A stretch of 64,000 nucleotides of DNA, from assembly GCA_964016885.1 (NCBI GenBank), contig OZ024758.1:38068001-38132000 (forward strand). The letters are read 5' to 3'. The notes under the pieces were generated by a model. It had not been told where the DNA came from, ran no database searches, and saw only the letters and a program-made list of their open reading frames with translations. This DNA comes from Eledone cirrhosa. Taxonomy: Eukaryota. Both the position numbers and the translations under genes were made by a program. Position 1 is the stretch's first letter. Each line of letters starts with the position of its first letter. Of the stretch, positions 53,001 to 64,000 are shown piece by piece.

Positions 53001-56000
53001 AGAAGTAACTCCAATGTTGGTGAGAATTCATTTAAGTTCATGGTATTAGCTGTCAGAAGGAACTCCACTGTTGGTGAGAATTCATTTAAGTTCATGGTAT
53101 TAGCTGTCAGAAGGAACTCCAATGTTGGTGAGAATTCATTTAAGTCATGGTACTAGCTGTCAGAAGTAACTCCACTGTTGGTGAGAATTCATTTAAGTTC
53201 ATGGTATTAGCTGTCAGAAGGAACTCCACTGTTGGTGAGAATTCATTTAAGTTCATGGTACTAGCTGTCAGAAGTAACTCCACTGTTGGTGAGAATTCAT
53301 TTAAGTTCATGGTATTAGTTTGTCAGAAGTAACTCCACTGTTGGTGAGAATTCATTTAAGTCATGGTATTAGTTGTCAGAAGTAACTCCAATGTTGGTGA
53401 GAATTCATTTAAGCCATGGTACTAGCTGTCAGAAGTAACTCCAATGTTGGTGAGAATTCATTTAATTTCATGGTATTAGCTGTCAGAACGAACTCCACTG
53501 TTGGTGAGAATTCATTTAAGTTCATGGTATTAGCTGTCAGAAGTAACTCCACTGTTGGTGAGAATTCATTTAAGTTCATGGTACTAGCTGTCAGAAGTAA
53601 CTCCAATGTTGGTGAGAATTCATTTAAGTTCATGGTATTAGCTGTCAGAAGGAACTCTACTGTTGCTGAGAATTCATTTAAGTTCATGGTATTAGCTGTC
53701 AGAAGTAACTCCACTGTTGGTGAGAATTCATTTAAGTTCATGGTACTAGCTGTCAGAAGTAACTCCAATGTTGGTGAGAATTCATTTAAGTTCATGGTAT
53801 TAGCTGTCAGAAGTAACTCCACTGTTGGTGAGAATTCATTTAAGTCATGGTATTAGCTGTCAGAAGTAACTCCAATGTTGGTGAGAATTCATTTAAGTCA
53901 TGGTACTAGCTGTCAGAAGTAACTCCAATGTTGGTTAGAATTCATTTAAGTTCATGGTATTAGCTGTCAGAAGTAACTCCACTGTTGGTGAGAATTCATT
54001 TAAGTTCATGGTATTAGCTGTCAGAAGGAACGCCACTGTTGGTGAGAATTCATTTAAGTTCATGGTATTAGCTGTCAGAAGTAACTCCACTGTTGGTGAG
54101 AATTCATTTAAGTTCATGGTACTAGCTGTCAGAAGTAACTCCAATGTTGGTGAGAATTCATTTAAGTTCATGGTATTAGCTGTCGGAAGGAACTCCACTG
54201 TTGGTGAGAATTCATTTAAGTTCATGGTATTAGCTGTCAGAAGTAACTCCACTGTTGGTGAGAATTCATTTAAGTCATGGTATTAGCTGTCAGAAGTAAC
54301 TCCATTGTTGGTGAGAATTCATTTAAGTCATGGTACTAGCTGTCAGAAGTAACTCCAATGTTGGTGAGAATTCATTTAAGTCATGGTACTAGCTGTCAGA
54401 AGTAACTCCAATGTTGATGAGAATTCATTTAAGTTCATGGTATTAGCTGTCAGAAGTAACTCCATTGTTGGTGAGAATTCATTTAAGTCATGGTACTAGC
54501 TGTCAGAAGTAACTCCAATGTTGGTGAGAATTCATTTAAGTCATGGTACTAGCTGTCAGAAGTAACTCCAATGTTGATGAGAATTCATTTAAGTTCATGG
54601 TATTAGCTGTCAGAAGGAACTCCACTGTTTGTGAGAATTCATTTAAGTTCATGGTATTAGCTGTCAGAAGTAACTCCACTGTTGGTGAGAATTCATTTAA
54701 GTTCATGGTACTAGCTGTCAGAAGTAACTCCAATGTTGGTGAGAATTCATTTAAGTTCATGGTATTAGCTGTCAGAAGTAACTCCACTGTTGGTGAGAAT
54801 TCATTTAAGTCATGGTATTAGCTGTCAGAAGTAACTCCAATGTTGGTGAGAATTCATTTAAGTTCATGGTACTAGCTGTCAGAAGTAACTCCAATGTTGG
54901 TGAGAATTCATTTAAGTTCATGGTACTAGCTGTCAGAAGTAACTCCACTGTTGGTGAGAATTCATTTAAGTTCATGGTATTAGCTGTCAGAAGTCACTCC
55001 AATGTTGGTGAGAATTCATTTAAGTTCATGGTATTAGCTGTCAGAAGTCACTCCACTGTTGGTGAGAATTCATTTAAGTTCATGGTCCTAGCTGTCAGAA
55101 GTAACCCCAATGTTGGTGAGAATTCATTTAAGTTCATGGTATTAGCTGTCAGAAGTCACTCCAATGTTGGTGAGAATTCATTTAAGTTCATGGTATTAGC
55201 TGTCAGAAGTAACTCCACTGTTGGTGAGAATTCATTTAAGTTCATGGTATTAGCTGTCAGAAGTAACTCCACTGTTGGTGAGAATTCATTTAAGTTCATG
55301 GTATTAGCTGTCAGAAGGAACTCCACTGTTGGTGAGAATTCATTTAAGTTCATGGTACTAGCTGTCAGAAGTAACTCCACTGTTGGTGAGAATTCATTTA
55401 AGTTCATGGTATTAGTTTGTCAGAAGTAACTCCACTGTTGGTGAGAATTCATTTAAGTCATGGTATTAGTTGTCAGAAGTAACTCCAATGTTGGTGAGAA
55501 TTCATTTAAGCCATGGTACTAGCTGTCAGAAGTAACTCCAATGTAGGTGAGAATTCATTTAAGTTCATGGTATTAGCTGTCAGAACGAACTCCACTGTTG
55601 GTGAAAATTCATTTAAGTTCATGGTATTAGCTGTCAGAAGTAACTCCACTGTTGGTGAGAGTTCATTTAAGTCATGGTATTAGCTGTCAGAAGTAACTCC
55701 AATGTTGGTGAGAATTCATTTAAGTTCATGGTATTAGCTGTCAGAAGTAACTCCACTGTTAGTGAGAATTCATTTAAGTTCATGGTATTAGCTGTCAGAA
55801 GTAACTCCACTGTTGGTGAGAATTCATTTAAGTTCATGGTACTAGCTGTCAGAAGTAACTCCACTGTTGGTGAGAATTCATTTAAGTTCATGGTATTAGT
55901 TTGTCAGAAGTAACTCCACTGTTGGTGAGAATTCATTTAAGTCATGGTATTAGTTGTCAGAAGTAACTCCAATGTTGGTGAGAATTCATTTAAGTTCATG

Positions 56001-57880
56001 GTATTAGCTGTCAGAAGGAACTCCACTGTTGGTGAGAATTCATTTAAGTTCATGGTATTAGCTGTCAGAAGGAACTCCAATGTTGGTGAGAATTCATTTA
56101 AGTCATGGTACTAGCTGTCAGAAGTAACTCCACTGTTGGTGAGAATTCATTTAAGTTCATGGTATTAGCTGTCAGAAGGAACTCCACTGTTGGTGAGAAT
56201 TCATTTAAGTTCATGGTACTAGCTGTCAGAAGTAACTCCACTGTTGGTGAGAATTCATTTAAGTTCATGGTATTAGTTTGTCAGAAGTAACTCCACTGTT
56301 GGTGAGAATTCATTTAAGTCATGGTATTAGTTGTCAGAAGTAACTCCAATGTTGGTGAGAATTCAGTTAAGCCATGGTACTAGCTGTCAGAAGTAACTCC
56401 AATGTTGGTGAGAATTCATTTAATTTCATGGTATTAGCTGTCAGAACGAACTCCACTGTTGGTGAGAATTCATTTAAGTTCATGGTATTAGCTGTCAGAA
56501 GTAACTCCACTGTTGGTGAGAATTCATTTAAGTTCATGGTACTAGCTGTCAGAAGTAACTCCAATGTTGGTGAGAATTCATTTAAGTTCATGGTATTAGC
56601 TGTCAGAAGTAACTCCAATGTTGGTGAGAATTCATTTAAGTTCATGGTATTAGCTGTCAGAAGTAACGCCACAGTTGGTGAGAATTCATTTAAGTTCATG
56701 GTATTAGCTGTCAGAAGTAACTCCACTGTTGGTGAGAATTCATTTAAGTTCATGGTACTAGCTGTCAGAAGTAACTCCACTGTTGGTGAGAATTCATTTA
56801 AGTTCATGGTATTAGTTTGTCAGAAGTAACTCCACTGTTGGTGAGAATTCATTTAAGTCATGGTATTAGTTGTCAGAAGTAACTCCAATGTTGGTGAGAA
56901 TTCATTTAAGTTCATGGTATTAGCTGTCAGAAGGAACTCCACTGTTGGTGAGAATTCATTTAAGTTCATGGTATTAGCTGTCAGAAGGAACTCCAATGTT
57001 GGTGAGAATTCATTTAAGTCATGGTACTAGCTGTCAGAAGTAACTCCACTGTTGGTGAGAATTCATTTAAGTTCATGGTATTAGCTGTCAGAAGGAACTC
57101 CACTGTTGGTGAGAATTCATTTAAGTTCATGGTACTAGCTGTCAGAAGTAACTCCACTGTTGGTGAGAATTCATTTAAGTTCATGGTATTAGTTTGTCAG
57201 AAGTAACTCCACTGTTGGTGAGAATTCATTTAAGTCATGGTATTAGTTGTCAGAAGTAACTCCAATGTTGGTGAGAATTCATTTAAGCCATGGTACTAGC
57301 TGTCAGAAGTAACTCCAATGTTGGTGAGAATTCATTTAATTTCATGGTATTAGCTGTCAGAACGAACTCCACTGTTGGTGAGAATTCATTTAAGTTCATG
57401 GTATTAGCTGTCAGAAGTAACTCCACTGTTGGTGAGAATTCATTTAAGTTCATGGTACTAGCTGTCAGAAGTAACTCCAATGTTGGTGAGAATTCATTTA
57501 AGTTCATGGTATTAGCTGTCAGAAGGAACTCTACTGTTGCTGAGAATTCATTTAAGTTCATGGTATTAGCTGTCAGAAGTAACTCCACTGTTGGTGAGAA
57601 TTCATTTAAGTTCATGGTACTAGCTGTCAGAAGTAACTCCAATGTTGGTGAGAATTCATTTAAGTTCATGGTATTAGCTGTCAGAAGTAACTCCACTGTT
57701 GGTGAGAATTCATTTAAGTCATGGTATTAGCTGTCAGAAGTAACTCCAATGTTGGTGAGAATTCATTTAAGTCATGGTACTAGCTGTCAGAAGTAACTCC
57801 AATGTTGGTTAGAATTCATTTAAGTTCATGGTATTAGCTGTCAGAAGTAACTCCACTGTTGGTGAGAATTCATTTAAGTT
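49300..57880. repeat. ~4.8-kb tandem duplication with a nested 916-bp (17-monomer) HOR
   Basis: Offset 4790 holds for 50022->54812, 50884->55674, 51315->56105 and 51584->56374, and for marker ttcaGttaag at ~51576/56366. The 916-bp period is seen in 51315->52231->53147 and 56105->57021. The offset then drops to 3874 (=4790-916) for 53416->57290. Confidence 0.88.
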
Positions 57881-60800
57881 CATGGTATTAGCTGTCAGAA
57901 GTAACTCCACTGTTGGTGAGAATTCATTTAAGTTCATGGTATTAGCTGTCAGAAGTAACTCCACTGTTGGTGAGAATTCATTTAGGTTCATGGTATTAGC
58001 TGTCAGAAGTAACTCCACTGTTGGTGAGAATTCATTTAAGTTCATGGTATTAGCTGTCAGAAGTAACTCCACTGTTGGTGAGAATTCATTTAGGTTCATG
58101 GTATTAGCTGTCAGATGTAACTCCACTGTTGGTGAGAATTCATTTAAGTTCATGGTATTAGCTGTCAGAAGTAACTCCACTGTTGGTGAGAGTTCATTTA
58201 AGTCATGGTATTAGCTGTCAGAAGTAACTCCAATGTTGGTGAGAATTCATTTAAGTTCATGGTATTAGCTGTCAGAAGTAACTCCACTGTTAGTGAGAAT
58301 TCATTTAAGTTCATGGTATTAGCTGTCAGAAGTAACTCCACTGTTGGTGAGAATTCATTTAAGTTCATGGTATTAGTTTGTCAGAAGTAACTCCACTGTT
58401 GGTGAGAATTCATTTAAGTCATGGTATTAGTTGTCAGAAGTAACTCCAATGTTGGTGAGAATTCATTTAAGTTCATGGTATTAGCTGTCAGAAGGAACTC
58501 CACTGTTGGTGAGAATTCATTTAAGTTCATGGTATTAGCTGTCAGAAGGAACTCCACTGTTGGTGAGAATTCATTTAGGTTCATGGTATTAGCTGTCAGA
58601 AGTAACTCCACTGTTGGTGAGAATTCATTTAAGTTCATGGTATTAGCTGTCAGAAGTAACTCCACTGTTGGTGAGAATTCATTTAGGTTCATGGTATTAG
58701 CTGTCAGAAGTAACTCCACTGTTGGTGAGAATTCATTTAAGTTCATGGTATTAGCTGTCAGAAGTAACTCCACTGTTGGTGAGAGTTCATTTAAGTCATG
58801 GTATTAGCTGTCAGAAGTAACTCCAATGTTGGTGAGAATTCATTTAAGTTCATGGTATTAGCTGTCAGAAGTAACTCCACTGTTAGTGAGAATTCATTTA
58901 AGTTCATGGTATTAGCTGTCAGAAGTAACTCCACTGTTGGTGAGAATTCATTTAAGTTCATGGTATTAGTTTGTCAGAAGTAACTCCACTGTTGGTGAGA
59001 ATTCATTTAAGTCATGGTATTAGTTGTCAGAAGTAACTCCAATGTTGGTGAGAATTCATTTAAGTTCATGGTATTAGCTGTCAGAAGGAACTCCACTGTT
59101 GGTGAGAATTCATTTAAGTTCATGGTATTAGCTGTCAGAAGGAACTCCAATGTTGGTGAGAATTCATTTAAGTCATGGTACTAGCTGTCAGAAGTAACTC
59201 CACTGTTGGTGAGAATTCATTTAAGTTCATGGTATTAGCTGTCAGAAGGAACTCCACTGTTGGTGAGAATTCATTTAAGTCATGGTATTAGTTGTCAGAA
59301 GTAACTCCAATGTTGGTGAGAATTCATTTAAGCCATGGTACTAGCTGTCAGAAGTAACTCCAATGTTGGTGAGAATTCATTTAATTTCATGGTATTAGCT
59401 GTCAGAACGAACTCCACTGTTGGTGAGAATTCATTTAAGTTCATGGTATTAGCTGTCAGAAGTAACTCCACTGTTGGTGAGAATTCATTTAAGTTCATGG
59501 TACTAGCTGTCAGAAGTAACTCCAATGTTGGTGAGAATTCATTTAAGTTCATGGTATTAGCTGTCAGAAGTAACTCCACTGTTGGTGAGAGTTCATTTAA
59601 GTCATGGTATAAGCTGTCAGAAGTAACTCCAATGTTGGTGAGAATTCATTTAAGTTCATGGTATTAGCTGTCAGAAGTAACGCCACAGTTGGTGAGAATT
59701 CATTTAAGTTCATGGTATTAGCTGTCAGAAGTAACTCCACTGTTGGTGAGAATTCATTTAAGTTCATGGTACTAGCTGTCAGAAGTAACTCCACTGTTGG
59801 TGAGAATTCATTTAAGTTCATGGTATTAGTTTGTCAGAAGTAACTCCACTGTTGGTGAGAATTCATTTAAGTCATGGTATTAGTTGTCAGAAGTAACTCC
59901 AATGTTGGTGAGAATTCATTTAAGTTCATGGTATTAGCTGTCAGAAGTAACTCCACTGTTGGTGAGAATTCATTTAAGTCATGGTATTAGCTGTCAGAAG
60001 TAACTCCAATGTTGGTGAGAATTCATTTAAGTCATGGTACTAGCTGTCAGAAGTAACTCCAATGTTGGTGAGAATTCATTTAAGTTCATGGTATTAGCTG
60101 TCAGAAGTAACTCCACTGTTGGTGAGAATTCATTTAAGTTCATGGTATTAGCTGTCAGAAGTAACTCCACTGTTGGTGAGAATTCATTTAAGTTCATGGT
60201 ATTAGCTGTCAGAAGTAACTCCACTGTTGGTGAGAATTCATTTAGGTTCATGGTATTAGCTGTCAGAAGTAACTCCACTGTTGGTGAGAATTCATTTAAG
60301 TTCATGGTATTAGCTGTCAGAAGTAACTCCACTGTTGGTGAGAATTCATTTAGGTTCATGGTATTAGCTGTCAGAAGTAACTCCACTGTTGGTGAGAATT
60401 CATTTAAGTTCATGGTATTAGCTGTCAGAAGTAACTCCACTGTTGGTGAGAATTCATTTAGGTTCATGGTATTAGCTGTCAGAAGTAACTCCACTGTTGG
60501 TGAGAATTCATTTAAGTTCATGGTATTAGCTGTCAGAAGTAACTCCACTGTTGGTGAGAGTTCATTTAAGTCATGGTATTAGCTGTCAGAAGTAACTCCA
60601 ATGTTGGTGAGAATTCATTTAAGTTCATGGTATTAGCTGTCAGAAGTAACTCCACTGTTAGTGAGAATTCATTTAAGTTCATGGTATTAGCTGTCAGAAG
60701 TAACTCCACTGTTGGTGAGAATTCATTTAAGTTCATGGTATTAGTTTGTCAGAAGTAACTCCACTGTTGGTGAGAATTCATTTAAGTCATGGTATTAGTT

Positions 60801-63650
60801 GTCAGAAGTAACTCCAATGTTGGTGAGAATTCATTTAAGTTCATGGTATTAGCTGTCAGAAGGAACTCCACTGTTGGTGAGAATTCATTTAAGTTCATGG
60901 TATTAGCTGTCAGAAGGAACTCCACTGTTGGTGAGAATTCATTTAGGTTCATGGTATTAGCTGTCAGAAGTAACTCCACTGTTGGTGAGAATTCATTTAA
61001 GTTCATGGTATTAGCTGTCAGAAGTAACTCCACTGTTGGTGAGAATTCATTTAGGTTCATGGTATTAGCTGTCAGAAGTAACTCCACTGTTGGTGAGAAT
61101 TCATTTAAGTTCATGGTATTAGCTGTCAGAAGTAACTCCACTGTTGGTGAGAGTTCATTTAAGTCATGGTATTAGCTGTCAGAAGTAACTCCAATGTTGG
61201 TGAGAATTCATTTAAGTTCATGGTATTAGCTGTCAGAAGTAACTCCACTGTTAGTGAGAATTCATTTAAGTTCATGGTATTAGCTGTCAGAAGTAACTCC
61301 ACTGTTGGTGAGAATTCATTTAAGTTCATGGTATTAGTTTGTCAGAAGTAACTCCACTGTTGGTGAGAATTCATTTAAGTCATGGTATTAGTTGTCAGAA
61401 GTAACTCCAATGTTGGTGAGAATTCATTTAAGTTCATGGTATTAGCTGTCAGAAGGAACTCCACTGTTGGTGAGAATTCATTTAAGTTCATGGTATTAGC
61501 TGTCAGAAGGAACTCCAATGTTGGTGAGAATTCATTTAAGTCATGGTACTAGCTGTCAGAAGTAACTCCACTGTTGGTGAGAATTCATTTAAGTTCATGG
61601 TATTAGCTGTCAGAAGGAACTCCACTGTTGGTGAGAATTCATTTAAGTTCATGGTACTAGCTGTCAGAAGTAACTCCACTGTTGGTGAGAATTCATTTAA
61701 GTTCATGGTATTAGTTTGTCAGAAGTAACTCCACTGTTGGTGAGAATTCATTTAAGTCATGGTATTAGTTGTCAGAAGTAACTCCAATGTTGGTGAGAAT
61801 TCATTTAAGCCATGGTACTAGCTGTCAGAAGTAACTCCAATGTTGGTGAGAATTCATTTAATTTCATGGTATTAGCTGTCAGAACGAACTCCACTGTTGG
61901 TGAGAATTCATTTAAGTTCATGGTATTAGCTGTCAGAAGTAACTCCACTGTTGGTGAGAATTCATTTAAGTTCATGGTACTAGCTGTCAGAAGTAACTCC
62001 AATGTTGGTGAGAATTCATTTAAGTTCATGGTATTAGCTGTCAGAAGTAACTCCACTGTTGGTGTGAGTTCATTTAAGTCATGGTATAAGCTGTCAGAAG
62101 TAACTCCAATGTTGGTGAGAATTCATTTAAGTTCATGGTATTAGCTGTCAGAAGTAACGCCACAGTTGGTGAGAATTCATTTAAGTTCATGGTATTAGCT
62201 GTCAGAAGTAACTCCACTGTTGGTGAGAATTCATTTAAGTTCATGGTACTAGCTGTCAGAAGTAACTCCACTGTTGGTGAGAATTCATTTAAGTTCATGG
62301 TATTAGTTTGTCAGAAGTAACTCCACTGTTGGTGAGAATTCATTTAAGTCATGGTATTAGTTGTCAGAAGTAACTCCAATGTTGGTGAGAATTCATTTAA
62401 GTTCATGGTATTAGCTGTCAGAAGTAACTCCACTGTTGGTGAGAATTCATTTAAGTCATGGTATTAGCTGTCAGAAGTAACTCCAATGTTGGTGAGAATT
62501 CATTTAAGTCATGGTACTAGCTGTCAGAAGTAACTCCAATGTTGGTGAGAATTCATTTAAGTTCATGGTATTAGCTGTCAGAAGTAACTCCACTGTTGGT
62601 GAGAATTCATTTAAGTTCATGGTATTAGCTGTCAGAAGTAACTCCACTGTTGGTGAGAATTCATTTAAGTTCATGGTATTAGCTGTCAGAAGTAACTCCA
62701 CTGTTGGTGAGAATTCATTTAGGTTCATGGTATTAGCTGTCAGAAGTAACTCCACTGTTGGTGAGAATTCATTTAAGTTCATGGTATTAGCTGTCAGAAG
62801 TAACTCCACTGTTGGTGAGAATTCATTTAGGTTCATGGTATTAGCTGTCAGAAGTAACTCCACTGTTGGTGAGAATTCATTTAAGTTCATGGTATTAGCT
62901 GTCAGAAGTAACTCCACTGTTGGTGAGAGTTCATTTAAGTCATGGTATTAGCTGTCAGAAGTAACTCCAATGTTGGTGAGAATTCATTTAAGTTCATGGT
63001 ATTAGCTGTCAGAAGTAACTCCACTGTTAGTGAGAATTCATTTAAGTTCATGGTATTAGCTGTCAGAAGTAACTCCACTGTTGGTGAGAATTCATTTAAG
63101 TTCATGGTACTAGCTGTCAGAAGTAACTCCACTGTTGGTGAGAATTCATTTAAGTTCATGGTATTAGTTTGTCAGAAGTAACTCCACTGTTGGTGAGAAT
63201 TCATTTAAGTCATGGTATTAGTTGTCAGAAGTAACTCCAATGTTGGTGAGAATTCATTTAAGTTCATGGTATTAGCTGTCAGAAGGAACTCCACTGTTGG
63301 TGAGAATTCATTTAAGTTCATGGTATTAGCTGTCAGAAGGAACTCCAATGTTGGTGAGAATTCATTTAAGTCATGGTACTAGCTGTCAGAAGTAACTCCA
63401 CTGTTGGTGAGAATTCATTTAAGTTCATGGTATTAGCTGTCAGAAGGAACTCCACTGTTGGTGAGAATTCATTTAAGTTCATGGTACTAGCTGTCAGAAG
63501 TAACTCCACTGTTGGTGAGAATTCATTTAAGTTCATGGTATTAGTTTGTCAGAAGTAACTCCACTGTTGGTGAGAATTCATTTAAGTCATGGTATTAGTT
63601 GTCAGAAGTAACTCCAATGTTGGTGAGAATTCATTTAAGCCATGGTACTA
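57830..63650. repeat. ~2.37-2.48-kb HOR (44-46 monomers, ~2.3 copies) with nested 593-bp (11-mer) and 108-bp (dimer) periods
   Basis: Offsets are 2368 (58205->60573, 58421->60789), 2477 (59335->61812, 60034->62511) and 593 (58205->58798, 60573->61166). Marker tttaGgttc repeats every 108 bp within clusters. Confidence 0.85.
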
Positions 63651-64000
63651 GCTGTCAGAAGTAACTCCACTGTTGGTGAGAATTCATTTAAGTCATGGTA
63701 TTAGCTGTCAGAAGTAACTCCAATGTTGGTGAGAATTCATTTAAGTTCATGGTACTAGCTGTCAGAAGTAACTCCAATGTTGGTGAGAATTCATTTAAGT
63801 TCATGGTACTAGCTGTCAGAAGTAACTCCACTGTTGGTGAGAATTCATTTAAGTTCATGGTATTAGCTGTCAGAAGTCACTCCAATGTTGGTGAGAATTC
63901 ATTTAAGTTCATGGTATTAGCTGTCAGAAGTCACTCCACTGTTGGTGAGAATTCATTTAAGTTCATGGTACTAGCTGTCAGAAGTAACCCCAATGTTGGT

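Larger units (their letters stand above)
1..64000. repeat. Tandem satellite DNA array, 54-bp monomer (53/55-bp variants), ~1,190 head-to-tail copies, extending beyond both window edges
   Basis: The consensus ATGGTATTAGCTGTCAGAAGTAACTCCACTGTTGGTGAGAATTCATTTAAGTTC recurs from first to last base in one orientation, and monomers usually differ from it at 0-3 positions. Common variants (numbering from ATG) are T7C, C11T (+/- an extra T), T21G, A22C, T25C/G, C29A/T and loss of one T at 52-53. The copy number is 64000/~53.8. Confidence 0.99.

Noticed and set aside
57981-62835. TTAGG / TTTAGG telomere-like motif in the A50G variant
   Set aside because: These are isolated single pentamers created by one substitution, not tandem telomeric repeats.
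72-63558. All ORFs in the six-frame track as protein-coding genes (e.g. 362-aa, 308-aa and 277-aa repeat proteins)
   Set aside because: They are translations of the 54-bp monomer. Their ends are set by 1-bp indel variants, they have no unique N- or C-terminal domains or synonymous bias, and overlapping ORFs occur on both strands throughout.
1-64000. CRISPR array or other repeat-spacer system
   Set aside because: There are no unique spacers: the variable half of the monomer differs only by a few recurrent SNPs. No leader or cas genes are present.
1-64000. 53-bp monomers and SNPs as sequencing errors
   Set aside because: Indels and rare SNPs recur at identical positions in HOR copies with exact constant offsets, which random error would not produce. 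Some singletons could still be errors.
1-64000. CENP-B box, CCAAT boxes or heat-shock elements as regulatory sites
   Set aside because: No TTCG....A..CGGG motif exists (the consensus has no CpG). CCAAT arises only from the C29A variant, with no promoter context. GAATTC lacks the nGAAnnTTCn spacing of a heat-shock element.
1-64000. Absence of CpG in the consensus as proof of methylation-driven decay
   Set aside because: Only about 2 CpG are expected in a 54-mer with 8 C and 12 G, so zero is not significant. Several variants create CpG (aacgcc, accgtt, aacgaa) and persist.
1-64000. tRNA/snRNA/5S-derived repeat, transposon remnant, inversion or embedded unique island
   Set aside because: I found no recognisable A/B boxes, cloverleaf, terminal repeats, strand switch or non-monomer sequence on reading through the window.

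Overview
The whole 64 kb window is one uninterrupted head-to-tail tandem satellite array, open at both ends. The 54-bp monomer consensus is ATGGTATTAGCTGTCAGAAGTAACTCCACTGTTGGTGAGAATTCATTTAAGTTC (20/54 = 37% GC, one EcoRI site, no CpG). There are about 1,190 copies, with frequent 53-bp and some 55-bp variants. I see no genuine gene, RNA gene, transposon, CRISPR spacer or inversion. Every ORF in the track is a translation of the monomer (two of six frames are stop-free) and is broken by 1-bp indels every few monomers. The informative signal is the order of the monomer variants. Rare substitutions act as barcodes and reveal nested higher-order repeats (HORs): a ~9.4-10.2 kb super-unit present about 2.7 times, a 2,962-bp (55-mer) HOR amplified inside the second super-unit, a 7.6-kb duplication, and local periods of 1,559, 2,693, 1,992, 4,790, 916, 593, ~2,400 and 108 bp. 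All are built from a small set of recurring multi-monomer cassettes. Periods were read from ORF-track offsets and marker positions, so block boundaries are approximate. This looks like a young, actively recombining satellite, probably eukaryotic heterochromatic or centromeric (inference). I cannot name the family or organism, and I found no supportable evidence of a new protein-based system.
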